A DNA stretch of 50,045 nt, filler included, from Catajapyx aquilonaris (GCA_000934665.2; 3 parts of 3 records of this genome joined end to end with filler, not necessarily neighbours in it), one strand, 5' to 3'; shown: positions 10,680 to 23,408, numbered from the whole stretch's first letter. Numbers and translations are program-made. Notes: generated from the letters alone by a model not told the origin.

Positions 10680-11687
10680 GCAAAAATCATGTGTAATAAG
10701 CAAAGCAATTTTTTATGTGCATACCTGTGTATATGTTATATACTGTATTAACATAAATACTAGTCTGGTCAGCATATAATATGAGTGCATGCTGCACAAA
10801 TGGGGAAAGATCGATAACTTCGTAAGCCACAAATACCTCGCACATTATTTTCGTCGTTTGGCTTACTGTACATTATATTACACGCAGTTCTCCTTGACGA
10901 ATAATAATGCTGCAAAAAATCTGGCTTCCTATTATCGTCCCTTCTCCACTTTTGAACTTCTACATTAGATACGCCCGCTCTTTGCGACTTTTCTTAAGTA
11001 CCGAATTAGCACCGGAATGGGGGTTTGTGATTTGGAGAAGGCCATGAGATTAAGTCAACGGTCTGTGGACATAAAGTAGTGCCTGCCACATGTAAGCTAG
11101 AAAGGTCGGTTATATCGACTCCCTAGTAACAGGAAAGTAGGCGTATTTTTTCACAGGGCATGGTGCTCGTGATGTGTTTTGTGCTAGTTGGATGATGTGC
11201 ATGAAGATCAAAGGGTAATCGCCAGCTGCAAACAAAAAGTTATGCATCTACACATTGCAACCTCCGGGGACTGATGAGAAATGGAAATGTTCACAACCAG
11301 GCTTTCGCGGTTACAAATTGTAGCTTCCTTCCCTGTGGTTGGCACACATTTGCATTGCTCAACCTTGGGTTAGAAAATCAGGTAGGGCTACAAGATTAAA
11401 CTAATGCGGGCTGCAGGCACTTTACTAATACACTTTTGCGAAACACTTCTCATTTTGCGGAGGTGTTAACTGCACAAGCCACTGCTTTATTTGACCATGT
11501 GGCTGCCCTAATTTCTGAAACACTTCCCAGTATCACCCTTTTCTTACAGTGCCATTGAAACAGTGTCTATTTTTAAAGTTGTACCCCGTTATCTGGCCGT
11601 AGGCCATTTCTAGGGAGGTGGGTTACCACCATTTGGGGTTTGGAGCGATATATACATATATGTATTTTATTGCTCCAATGGTAATTA

Positions 11688-11900
11688 GGAGGGGATGTGC
11701 AAAGTGCAAGTGCAATGTCGTTGCTTGGTCATTTTGTGAACTCCCCCGGGTGGGTTAGTCTAGCGGACATTCCCACCCGAAACGAAGCCAGAGATGGCCC
11801 AACTCTGCACGAAAGAAGGTGGGAACCCCGGGCAGGAATTGAACCCGGGACCTTAACTTCCCTGGGCGCGCGCGTTACCGCGGCGCCACTCCGTCTCCCC
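11688..11900 (-). mobile_element. tRNA-derived SINE, family A
   Basis: Head gtggcgccgcggtaac (A box) and gggttcaattcc (B box). The body is homologous to 19877-20075. Confidence 0.85.
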
Positions 11901-14900
11901 AACAGTGCTATTCATTGCATATGGCCCTATATAAAATGTCATGATTTATGGAATTACGGGACGTTACCAATGTAACAATTAGATATGAAGATGTGAAGTG
12001 TAGAACAGTCAAGTTCGACTGATTTTGAGTTTGAGTTTGAAAAAATTTCAACATCTTAAATGAAAATTAAAAGTTCGCTCGTAGGAATGCATACCTGCCA
12101 GGATGTTTCATAGGAATCATAACTTGCGTTCACATTAGCTCAATATCGAGATAATATTATACTTCACTGACACCTACGTATATACAGTGATCCTGTAGGA
12201 CTTCATAATAGAAGTTTTATTATATTTATGAGGTTATTATAATTTATAGCAAAAGCAACCATGCTAAAAGTTGGTAATATTTTGAGGTCTCGTGGTATTT
12301 TTGCCTGCATCTATACTAGTAGTAGTAGTAGTATAAGTTGCTGTATTGTGGGAAACAATTTTTGGTAAATTCTAACTCAGACCTCCCGTTGACATATGCA
12401 CTGAAAGTTATTTAAAACTTAAAATTAGCGCCAGTGTGTGTTTGGAGAGATTTTTTTTTTTTTTGCCACGCTATTCAAAAAGGTGCAAAATATAGTACCA
12501 ACAAAGGTCATTCAGAGAAATTATTATGGAGCTCTGCACGATTGTGCCAAAAAGAAAGGTCTGAAAAGCAAAATGTTCACCTCCTGCGGTTAGTGAAATG
12601 AAGCGAGTTCTGAGGAAAACAAAACAAGCAAAAAAAAAAATACAATGGCGAAACAAGTGTCTTTGTGTGCTCTGCAGAAAAATGCACAAATCTCTGACCA
12701 TTTACACGGTGATACATCTCTAGGAAAGTCGAGGAAAGTTTTTATCTGCCATGAAACATAAGTAATGATCATTAATTAAAACTCGTGTACTGTCCACTCT
12801 GGCTCTTATTCGTGTTCCAGATTATTCGACGACTATGCTTCTAAAACGCAAAGACGCACAGGATTCCTGTAACTATAGTGTAGGGTCAAATATCCATACA
12901 TATACAGGGTGTATACGACTGTTCCTTTAAGCGGTTTAAGGGAACGATAATATTGATTATGCATTTATTTTTCGGTAAAAAATTAAACGACATGCGAATA
13001 GATTCATCCAAGCTGAAACTCACAAGCGTCGATATCTGTCGTTGTTACTGTACTATCCAGTTAATATTTCTTAACCAAGAAAACTACAGCTATTAGACTA
13101 GTGCCAACTTATTGGAATAGCTGTATATTATGCATTACGTAAACGATGTCCTCATCCCATCGCATAACATTTGCGTAGTTAATACAGTATATCGACGAAT
13201 GGATTGGCATTATGTGTATGAAATAAGCAGGTTCAAAGCTGATCTCCAAATTCTAAGTGGAATATTAACATGTAGTCTGTAATCCCATATGTCGCCTGCA
13301 CTTTATACCCTTTGCCAAATACCGTGTCCAATTAAGGAAGGGCAGCCTTATCCGGTGTTTACCTTCCGGAAAAAGTGTCAACCTGACTCTAATTGGAGGT
13401 TAATTTTTTCTCTCTATGCCACCAAGCATTTAATCTGCGTTCAGGTGACAGACTCTCGTCATATCCTGCGTAGGCTACTCTCCACGAATGATGAACAACA
13501 TTGAGATTAGGCCTACACGTTACACAGGTTCACGAAACCAATCAAGCGCCGACGCGTGGGTGTCGGATTTCGTAGGCATATACTAGCTGTATATTGTATA
13601 CTGCATAAGACAAAGCTCTGGGCATAGTGCTTTGATATAGGTATTGAAAATTTTGACATAAAAAAGAAAGGTCATCAAGAATCCATGGAAGCCAATGACA
13701 AATTAAAGATGGCAGGGAAATCTGAGTAATAGTGCACAGTAGAATACCGGTATCTGTATGCATGACAATCTATAAGTAGGCCTATACGACAATGCGTTAG
13801 GCCTACTTCCATTGTTTATTTACGTGAGATTTTGATGAAAGGTAACTATTTCACTCTGTCACACCATCTGGTCCACGATAAACTCCCACACTGTAATAAT
13901 AAGTGATAAGGTAATTTTAAATCGAGCATTGAAGCCAAATGGACACTTTAGCATGATCTTGGTATGCAACTTCATTCTCATTCGAAAGAGAGTAGGCCTA
14001 ATGAATTTTTAAAATACCTGGCAAGTAAACTACTGTTGGATGTAGCCTACAGTATACAATAGTGACAAACTGCCTAATTGAATGACCCGCGCAGGGTCTT
14101 CCAATTTATGTGGGGTGTGTACCGTATAGCTCACGAATACAATAATTATGGACTATATTATAAAACCTTGCTGCATGATGTCAGGGCAACACCCGGATTG
14201 GGTACCCCTGGGCATGTGTTGTGGCTTGCGGATGGGGTCAGTTTTCACCACCCCCGAGTCAGTCGGTTTTGGGAGCCATGTTGGATATGATTCTGCATTC
14301 TGATCGTGATTATGATCAGGTTGCAATATGGTAGAATGTTGCCAACCCTGAAAGTATGTATTATGCGCAACTCGTAACTTGGAGGCGTATAAGCAATGCG
14401 TGAACATGTGAGTATTGTATATACCGTACCTGCCCAAGGTCAACGTTGAAATGTAGTTCTCTTCTCGAGTCTCAGGTAGTGGGATTGTTAGACGAAATGG
14501 GCAACTCTTTTCTGAGATATTCTAGTCGCTACAGTTGCGCGTCTATAATTTGATAATCTAAATATCACCTTTAGTGACGAGTGTATAGACAATCTGAATA
14601 TAGAACGCAGGCTAATAATATAATATCTAAAGGTGTGTCGGTATAATTACGTTACGTAACACCATGTATGAACGGTGTGGGTATCAAGACCGTGTAGAGC
14701 AGAATTTTTTGCCTTCTTCACAATATTCTGTGTTTCCGGGGTCCCGAAAGACCGAAACTTTCTCTACAACAAAGTATAATGAATTGCGTAAGTTATAGCG
14801 GAAAGGCGGAAGCGGTGGAAACAATTTCTTTCACAAAATTACTGATATGATACAAAAAATTTGCACTGGGAAATTAATTCAAAGTTCGGCCCACCCTCCT

Positions 14901-15120
14901 CACTTGTCTGTACAGGGTGGTCACTGATTCTCGATACATATTTTTGGCTCATTTTTGGGAATCCGATTTGCTCTATAAATGTTTGAATATGCCTGTTTCC
15001 CTCAGTAGCCAGGATTCCCTTAGCTTTTTGTAATAGGCAACCTGCAATACGCTTTCCTTCCAGCGGCAAGGGCATTTCTCACCTTTTCTTTCTAGTTGCT
15101 ACGCTGTCAGTAAAATCATG

Positions 15121-15329
15121 TAAGGTGAAGTGGGGTAAGTGCATACACGGGGTAAGTGCATACACGGGCCGCCATATTGGAATGAAAATGGCTGACGACG
15201 TCCGGGGATGTTATGTGCAGCTACACAAAGAGTGCCTGACGCGTTTTGGTGTCGTCAGCCATTTTCATTCCAATATGGCGGCCCGTGTATGCACTTACCC
15301 CGTGTATGCACTTACCCCACTTCACCTTA
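15121..15329. mobile_element. MITE with ~77-bp perfect TIRs and TA duplication (Tc1/mariner-pogo type)
   Basis: TA-AGGTGAAGTGGGGTAAGTGCATACAC...GTGTATGCACTTACCCCACTTCACCT-TA. Each TIR contains two ggggtaagtgcatacac direct repeats. Confidence 0.88.
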
Positions 15330-16017
15330 CTCTAATGTGAAGATATTTCGATACAGCTCCATATATTCTTGGGCCGTAGCACTTGTTTTTGTGATTGTTG
15401 TCGTTCATGATGATGAAGATGGCACTCATATGATAATGTATTGGCCAACAATATGACTTAAGAGTTCTCTAATCAGCGAAAAGCGCTATGCGTTGACTAC
15501 ATATTTTTGGCACGAATTTTGCGAGATTTTTCAGTTTCTGTCGCTCTTGTCTTTCCCGGCTGCCACAACCAGCTGTTGCATTGGACCTATTCTGGGTAAA
15601 CATTTCTGCCTAAGAAATACTTCTTATGCAGGAGATTGAGTGTGGTGCAAAAAAGTAAATCACAGAGTGTGGTATCAAAATTATGATTTCTAATAATATA
15701 GTAGTAACTCATGACGGGGAAGTCTCAGAAGCGCTCATTTTGTGGCTGACCATTATGAACAGCGTCAGTCACCAACGATCTCTTCTTAGAAGGCCCGAAT
15801 TGATGGGTGAAACGAAGAGAGTGCAGGGTGAACCGACAATATTATCATGATGATGGAGATTCTTGTCAAAATTACAAATGGGAGCTCCTACAATGCACAC
15901 GCGGATGATTCTGGCTTCTTATAGTGGCAAATATGCAATATTTTCTTAGTGAGAAAATGAGCGAGAGATGCTCAATGGGAAGTGACGACTAATTTTTCAA
16001 AATTCTGATGTCTGCAG

Positions 16018-16128
16018 GCCACCGGGTGTGGCTTTAAAGGGACACTCCACTCAAAATACAAGTTGAATTCTAAAAATCGGGCAAAAAATCCTGATTCCGA
16101 GGGTATAAGCAGTTTTCCTGAGAGACGA
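16018..16128. mobile_element. Kolobok-like termini around one TTAA (16034-16037)
   Basis: ...ccgggtgtggct-TTAA-agggacactcc... The right-hand end is homologous to the end at 8261 and runs into an assembly gap. Confidence 0.55.
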
Positions 16129-16228
16129 NNNNNNNNNNNNNNNNNNNNNNNNNNNNNNNNNNNNNNNNNNNNTTAATTAATTAANNNNNNNNNNNNNNNN
16201 NNNNNNNNNNNNNNNNNNNNNNNNNNNN
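16129..16228. other. Assembly gap with artificial TTAATTAATTAA linker
   Basis: 44 N + 12 nt + 44 N, identical in layout to 33830-33929. Confidence 0.97.
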
Positions 16229-17324
16229 TTGTAATTAATGTCATAACTGTTTTTGGGTTTGTGCGGCCCCTCAGGTTCATTATCAACATTTGCATCCCGC
16301 TAAGTAAGAAATAAACAGAGTGGCATTGCTAATTTTTACCAGACCCCACAGAAATTCACTGTCCAAGGTATAATCGTATTTATTTCAGTTGTTAACTGTC
16401 AAATTAACTTCAAATTTGGTATCCTCCTAGCTCAATTGTTACTATTCATAATTATCCATTCTAAAGTCCAGATAATCTTAATGGAAACTTTTTATCACAT
16501 CCTGTGTATAACCCCACCACTCCATTTTTTGGGGGTGTCCCAATATTTTCAGATCAGGGCAAGTATTTTGCCCACCATCATTATCAGGATCGAACTCTGA
16601 ATCTTAGGTACCGGTACTCTCATCCACATCGGTGTCATCAGGCAAAAGCTCGTGAGACACAGCTGCTCGCAGCTGCAACCTACGCGCTGCCATATTTGAA
16701 GGTTAGGGCGGTTTTGCTGCAGAAAAGGCATTCATAACCTTGCAGCAAGAAAGACATTGTTTGATTTCTCACCGACAAATGGCAGAAACTGGACAATCTC
16801 AGTGTACTTTATTAGATATTTGAGTGTAGTATATATGGAAGTGCGCGAAACTCAATTTGCGTCATTTGGTGGGTTAGGGCAGTATTGCACCGATCCCTTC
16901 AATTATAAGGCGAATTTTGTTTGTTTGGTTGGTTGTCTCATTTCATACCTATTTCATACTCATTCATACAGAACGGGTACGGAATGGGTATGGTATGCAA
17001 CCAGTTTCCATGGCAAAAATATGCCGAAAGGCATTATTCTCACTATTGCCGCGGACGAGTAGGAGTATACTCAGGCAATCAAAACTTAAATTATTTAGAT
17101 ATGTGTACAAGTTTTCGAGATTAGGGTTTTAAAATTAGGACATTCTTTTTCGATGACCCTGTAAATATCAATCGGCAGTCAATTGTCTAACTGAATGTTC
17201 ATTTTTCTTGGTAGCGTAGCTACCAGCGTAGCCAAGGAGCAACAATAGGTTTTGCTTATGTCAACAGTCTGAGGGGACACATCGTGCAGGTTGGATGCAC
17301 TCACACTCTCGTGTGGTAAGATGG

Positions 17325-17362
17325 TAGTCGCATCTCGGAGCAATTGCTCCGAGATGCGACTA
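17325..17362. repeat. Perfect 38-bp spacerless palindrome
   Basis: tagtcgcatctcggagcaa|ttgctccgagatgcgacta. Confidence 0.95.
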
Positions 17363-17377
17363 TTTGTTGCCTGTTGT

Positions 17378-17449
17378 ATCTATTAATGTCTGGATGCGAA
17401 GATATAATGACTTAAGTCATTATATCTTCGCATCCAGACATTAATAGAT
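17378..17449. repeat. Perfect 72-bp spacerless palindrome centred on TTAA
   Basis: atctattaatgtctggatgcgaagatataatgactt|aagtcattatatcttcgcatccagacattaatagat. Confidence 0.95.
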
Positions 17450-18412
17450 TTTTTAAATAAATATTATCAATATAATCAATCAATACAAGTGACACATGCT
17501 CGCATGTACTATATCGCTCAAAAACATAGAGACGATTTTGCATTTGATTCGTCTTTATGTTTTTGAGCGATATAGTAGGCCTACATGAGAAAAACAAGAA
17601 GAGGTCACACGAAAAACACAAATCAGGCAACTGAGGCCATATGGCTCAACCTGTGTGGATGGGAAATGATCAAGTGACATACTTGGAGGCCCCCTCACTG
17701 GCTGCTGATGACATATAGCGGATTTCTTTGTTAGTTAACTCACAATAGCGGGGTGGTCATATCAGGAGCATGGCCATAACCGGTACGACCACCTTATATC
17801 TAATTCGAAATTAGTTGACTTACGCCCTTACCGCTCAGTATCTATAGTATAGGCTATAGGCCTACCACTGCGTCATTATTTAGTGAACTAGGTTTTTTTT
17901 GTACCATTTCCTGATCATCTTATCTTCTCTGAAATGTCATTTATATATTTCAGGATTTTTCGTCGCACACTTACATATTTAAATTTCGTTATTGACCCTG
18001 AGCCGTGTTGAAGAGTCAGCTTATTATTTAGATGTTGTTGGTGTAAGTGACCCCTGGTTTGGATCCCAGCAAGAGCACTCACAGTCTACTCTCATCTGTT
18101 TTTTAGTTCATGTAAGTTTTTCTTGAGACTTAAGCACTTACCTCTACCTGCCTCTACTCAGGATGTTGCAGTAAAGCTTCACATATACACTGCATCGGAC
18201 TATTCGCAAATTAATGGAATTCCAGCTTTTGGTTGTCATATGAGTTGGTTGACATGATTGTTACTGTTTGCTTTCAGCATTGTTTCATTTAGTTGCGGAG
18301 AAGTTAAAATCTACTATCTGCCCCAGCTGAAGCAGTGCAATTTCGTTAGCCGCAAGCACGTATAAGGCCAACAGTATTCGGAGCAGCTTGTCTGGCTCAA
18401 ACCACCCACACG

Positions 18413-18445
18413 ATGGGGAGCTGCCTACCAAAAATGAGAAACAAG
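18413..18445 (+). CDS. Candidate first coding exon of the F-box/LRR gene (MGSCLPKMRNK)
   Basis: ATG in context acgATGg and donor aag|gtattt. Phase 0 is compatible with the acceptor at 18978. An upstream acceptor tttgctttcag lies near 18277. An alternative exon at 18862-18894 is also phase-compatible. Confidence 0.5.
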
Positions 18446-20196
18446 GTATTTAAACATTAAACACCGTACTACCCCACTTCTACGTAGTATTTTGGTGTGC
18501 CACTATCAAACGACTGACGTCAAGTGGGCCAACTGTGGGCGCGAACTGACTAGAGAATCTCAGAGATGCCCACCCCCTTCTCCCACGAGCTCTTCCCCCT
18601 ATTTCCCATACCTTCTTGGAACAAACAGTCTTAAATTTGTTTTTTCTTCGGAGTGAAATGTAGAGCAACCCACACCCTTTGCCGCCAGATCATGCTGGTA
18701 TATCGACCACATAATAAATTATATACTTTACACAATCTGGTGTTCTGGTCATATAGCTGTGTTTACAGGCACATGTTTTATGCAGGGTAATACAGTAATA
18801 TTTTAAAGTTTAGCGACAAGATCAGTGAAATTGAATTCTTGGAGGCAGGGGAGAGAGGCGCATGGTGACATGCCATTATGATGACCCATTAATCGTAGGC
18901 TACTTGAAAATTAACAGACACCAGTAGGAAGTGTACCAAAAGGCAGTAATGCAGTGTGTTCATACCTTTGTTTTCAAGACGACCTTCGATCATCTGCCGA
19001 TCGACATGCAACTTGAGGTGTTTCGCTACCTGCCTACCAAAGACATCCTCTCAGCTTCCCTAGTATCCCATTCATGGCATGCAGCTGCCTTGGACCAACG
19101 ACTGTGGAGGGAGGCCACCCTCAGAGGGAGTAGGATGTGCATGGAGAGGGCACTCGAATTGGTAGAGCAGATGCCGCTCCTGAGGAAGCTGACTGTGACA
19201 GAGTGGCTGGCATTTCCTGCAGATGAGCTGATACACAGTGTCGGAACCACCCTCCGCTTCTTGGAGGTGCTCGTAATCGAACGCATAGGACTGGAAACGT
19301 CTGAGTCACTTGCTCAGGTTGCAAACAAGTGAGCTGGGAAAAGCATGGCAGCTTTTTGCGTTTATGGGATTCTGTTCACACTAATATATTGATTTAGATT
19401 GGACATGTAAAAATTTTGTGATGATGCAGAGGGCATCATGCTAAGGCCAGTGGAAGTCTGATTTGAACATGGGTGACCGCCCCCTCTACTCTAGCCGCGC
19501 CACCAGCGTTTGCAAATGATGGTGCGGTTTTTGTCTTGCGACTCGTAAATTCCCGTCTTGGCTGCCAGTTCCACTGTATATCTGTGCCATTGTTGACCTC
19601 TGGTCACAGTCGTGCCTGTGGGTCGTCCACAGCAGGTTGGTACAGGCAGCAGGAGCGCAATAAATTAGTGTAATAATAATTATTCATTTCTCCTCGTTAT
19701 GCACCAACCTCCTGTGGCGACGAAAACAATGTAATTGCAGGTGTTTAACTCGGNNNNNNNNNCCCCCCCCCCCCCAGAGAATTGCCTATAGTTTTCTTCC
19801 TACTCTACCTACTATTTAGTAGATATAAGATGTTCGGGTTAAAACTTACCATGAGAATATAGTTACTTAGAAGCAAGGGAGGCGAAGTGGCGCTGCGGTA
19901 ACGTATACGCCCACGGATGTTAAGGTCCCGGGGACACCCCCTTCATCTCGTGCAGAGTTGGGTCGTCTCTGGCTTCGTCTCGGGTGGAAATTCCGCTAGA
20001 CATATCCACCCGGGGGAGTTCACAAATTATGTACCATCTTGGAAACTTTGCACTGCACATTGCACATCCCCTCCTGTCATCCTGCCCGTGGGCCCGGACG
20101 ATTCAAATGAATAGGCACCAAAATGTAACACCGATCAATAAAATTAAATAAAGGCCAAAGTGCTTGTATCCAAAGGGGTCAGAAGCACTACCCACA

Positions 20197-20274
<78 letters not shown>

Positions 20275-23200
20275 GTAGAAGCCACAATAAATGCTGTACT
20301 TGACCTTCACCGACCTCCATACGCAATCGAACGCGTCGCAAGGCGAATCTTCTTATCATCGCAGGTCCTCCTCAACGCATCAACATCAAGAGTCCGGATT
20401 GCTGCGCAAAGTGTTTCGGACCAATAAAGTGGTAGATGACCTCCTTCAGAGGGATTTAAAAAATTGAAAAAGTGAAGCACAGGCTGCTGGCATGACCGAA
20501 AAAGTCACTACGACATTTGTCACAAGAAACTGGGTATTCTGTTCCACCTGTAAAAGAGCCATGAATGGGGGTATTTGAAGAGTTGTGCTTACAACAATGA
20601 GCCTCGACGGTTGAAGACTTGGAAAGCAACATCAATGCAGAAATCTGGACCTTTTATGAGGATCTGTTGGGAAGGATCTTCGATAATAACGAGCATCTTG
20701 TCTAGTCTCTTTCGAATGTGTCTGTACAGCTTGCTGTACAGTATGTCATGTCGGTGGAGGACAATACCGGTACCAGCATTTATTGTGAATGGTGCTACAA
20801 TCCCATGAACTAAGGTATCTTTAAAGCCAAACATCATGTTTCTGCGTAGAGTGGGAAGAAATATATAGCCGATTCTATCTTTGGGAGGATTACCTAGTGA
20901 AACACCCTTATATCAAAACTCACCCCATTAGTAAAGATCCATAAGACAAAAACTTTCATGTGGTCATAATAAACCAGAGGTAATTTACGGGTGAATTTTA
21001 ACCCAGACATGTCAGAAGATTTATTTTGTAGAATTTTTGAACGTTTTTTTTGTTTTTTGTTTTAAAATTAGTTCATACTAGTTTCCGCGGGATCGGGCGG
21101 GCCCCGACGCGACGCGACGCGACGCTCGGTACGCGGCGGAGTAGGGCCTGCATGCCTTAATAGATATAGATATGACCAATGATATGACGTTAAGGGACTA
21201 AACTGTGCATTTGGTGAAGAAAACATGAAATTTGGTACGAATGTCCCTGCGACCATACTCTTCAAATCCAGATATGGAGTCACGCCAGTTTTGGCCCCGG
21301 AGGCCTGTAATTACGGGTTGGCTACCTTGAAGCGAGTGAAAAGTCTTTTTCTGAGCGAACTATGCTTCTCAGGCGGATATGTGCCAAACAAAGGTTGTAG
21401 AGAAATATGTATTCTACAAAAAAGTATAAATATCTTTTCCACGGACGGTCCGTGTTTTCGGAGCTACAGCGACTTAAAAAAGACTTTTCACTCGCTGAAG
21501 GGTAGCCAACCTGCAATTACGGGCCTCCGGGGCGAAAACGGTCGTGGCGCCATATCTGATTTTGAAGCGTATGGTCCCTAGGACATTCCTACCAAATTTC
21601 ATGCTTTTATCACCAGGTGCACCCTTTTTTCGTCCCATAACGTCCTGACTATGCCTAGTCTACTGATTAATGAAACTATCCACAAACAGGCAAAATTAGC
21701 TCACCCGTAACTTAGGCAGGACCAAAAAAAATCAGTCATTTTCTCATTCCGTCTCGTTCTTTCCAAATATACAGTCGTACAAAAAGAGTGGGTGGAATTT
21801 TCAGTATAGGCTACGGTACCAGTGTTGGCGATGGTACTGCTAAGTACCTAAGTTAGCAGTAACTAGCAATGGGACAAAAATTCCACCCAGTAATTTTGAC
21901 CTTTTCGGCTAGTATTAGATCAGTGACAGGTGTTACAATCATCCCCTCCCTGGTATGCAGTGCTTTACTCGCGTGGGAGAGGAAGCTACAGGGAAGCTAA
22001 CTAAGGCCTGGTTGCACCGGCTCCCAGAAAAATTATCTGGCCGAAGAAGAGCCCGATTAGTTTGCTATTCATTGTTGTCAACGACAGTATTATGTCAACA
22101 ATAAATAACAAACTATCCTGACCCTTCTTCGGCCAGACAAATTTTCCTGGAGACGGTGCAACCCAGCCTCAGCAGTAACAGCATATTTTCCCACCGAGGG
22201 GCCAAGAAATGGTCTGTTATACCAGAGGTGAGGTGAAACTGAGTGTTATATCAGGAGCAAAAAACCAAAAATACACAAAGGAAGTACGGCGGGACCAGCC
22301 TTTCGAGTCTGTTATAACCGAAAGTCTGTTTTATCCGGATTCAACTGTAGGCTGTGTCACTGACCACAATGGTTCTGCAGGATGTTTGAAATAACCCCCT
22401 TACAGTCCCAATATTCAGAGTGTCTTTCTTCTGTCTGATCCCCCTAAAATGCTTGGGTTCGAAAAATGTTGTCGTCAGAAAAAAGGTGGAAGCAGGAGTG
22501 CCTGTATGCATTGCAAAGTGTACCAACCAGAGGAAGATTCATTCTCATTTTTTGAATGTTCCTTTTCCAACAGCTGCGAGCTTCTGAGGGAGCTAGTGAT
22601 GGCTGAAGTTGACGTTCCGACAACCTTTCGTCATCCCATGGATACCTTCGCAAGGAGCTCAGCTCTGGAAAAGATTGATCTGGCCACATTCACCAGCCAT
22701 AGGTTGCCCTTAGACATGACCATAGAGCGGGAGTGGGGGAAACTTGTAGAAGTTGCACTCAGTAGTGGTTTCAGCGACTCGTCTCCGGACGAGGAGATGG
22801 AGGTTTTAGGTGGAAACCTGGCCAATCTCCGGAAGCTCCGAATTGGACGTTTTCAGATGGATCAATCATACTCTTTATTGGGCCAGTGCGAACAACTCGA
22901 GGAGCTAGACTTGTCCGAGCCTGGTGGCCTCTTTCAGGGAGTGAAGAAACTCCGCAGTCTCCGAAGTCTAAGTGTGCGTGACACCTGGGGCAGCGCAGGG
23001 TCTGAACTCCTGAGCTTTTTATGCACCCGAGAAGCTGTTCGGAATTTGGAGAGGATACGCTTTTCTGAGTGCACCGGCCTTACTGATGACTGTCTGGTGG
23101 CAATAGACATTAACTGCCCTGCCCTGACAGATATTACCATAGACAAGTGCCCAAGTGTCACTGTAAGAGGTGTCCTCAATTTGGTGTACATGTTTCGAGA

Positions 23201-23306
23201 TTTTCGATATATCCGACTTCAAAATTGTCATCACGTAAATCTGTCAGAATACTACGATTGGATTCGAGTCCGCTATCCGCACATTCAAGTAGTGGAGACA
23301 CCATGA
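18413..23306 (+). CDS. F-box/leucine-rich-repeat (FBXL-type) protein, probable join(18413-18445,18979-19328,22574-23306), about 371 aa
   Basis: F-box motif FDHLPIDMQLEVFRYLPTKDILSASLVSHSWHAAALDQRLW is followed by LxxLxL repeats and cysteine-containing LRRs (LERIRFSECTGLTDDCLVAIDINCPALTDITIDKCPSVTVRGV). The phase-2 join aa|gtgagc...ttccaacag|c gives ANNCE. AATAAA lies about 100 nt after the stop. The first coding exon is uncertain. Confidence 0.88.
18979..19328 (+). CDS. F-box/LRR gene exon containing the F-box
   Basis: Acceptor ctttgttttcaag, donor aa|gtgagc, and a clear F-box consensus. Confidence 0.9.
19877..20197 (+). mobile_element. tRNA-derived SINE, family A, with B box deleted
   Basis: Homologous to 11688-11900. 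The segment between the two cccggg motifs that holds the B box is missing. Followed by a (TTA)n tract. Confidence 0.8.
20198..20273. repeat. (TTA)n microsatellite
   Basis: Seen directly. Confidence 0.98.
20566..20720 (+). pseudogene. Tc1/mariner-superfamily transposase C-terminal relic
   Basis: WGYLKSCAYNNEPR, a frameshift, then VEDLESNINAEI...LLGRIFDN. This matches the WGYLKxxVY..P.T.E.L...I..EI helix that follows the catalytic domain. Confidence 0.7.
21078..21170 (-). mobile_element. 93-bp mini-Helitron
   Basis: Minus strand reads A|TCTATATCTATTAAG...GC-rich...CCCGCGGAAACTAG|T: 5'-TC, 3'-CTAG, AT target, no TSD. Confidence 0.65.
21186..21644. mobile_element. Non-autonomous element with ~165-bp imperfect inverted arms
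   Basis: gacgttaagggac...catgaaatttggta...gcgagtgaaaagtcttttt is mirrored by aaaaagacttttcactcgc...taccaaatttcatg...gtcccataacgtc. Confidence 0.75.
22005..22168. mobile_element. PIF/Harbinger-type MITE
   Basis: Ends ggcctggttgcaccg / cggtgcaacccagcc, imperfectly palindromic throughout, 3-bp flanks TAA/TCA. Confidence 0.7.
22574..23306 (+). CDS. F-box/LRR gene terminal exon (LRR solenoid)
   Basis: Acceptor gttccttttccaacag, long open frame with multiple LRRs, TGA ending at 23306. Confidence 0.9.
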
Positions 23307-23402
23307 GGTAGCTGGCCTAACGAGAGGGATCTGAAGCTATATTAATTAGTGACCTAGCTTCTATTGTTGTGCAAGAAACAAGGTTCTGGGAATTATTTTA
23401 CC

Positions 23403-23408
23403 AATAAA
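23403..23408 (+). promoter_or_regulatory. Probable polyadenylation signal of the F-box/LRR gene
   Basis: AATAAA 97 nt downstream of the stop codon. Confidence 0.6.

Noticed and set aside
16173..16184. TTAATTAATTAA island within Ns (also 33874-33885)
   Set aside because: Identical 44N-12-44N layout twice with stops in all six frames. It is an artificial scaffolding linker, not biology.
20280..20500. Possible Jockey-like LINE C-terminal fragment (DDLLQRDLKIEKVK)
   Set aside because: A single short motif and no RT core, so insufficient evidence.
22449..22573. N-terminal part of the 285-aa ORF as the start of a standalone LRR gene
   Set aside because: It lies upstream of a strong acceptor at 22573 and is better explained as intron of the F-box gene.
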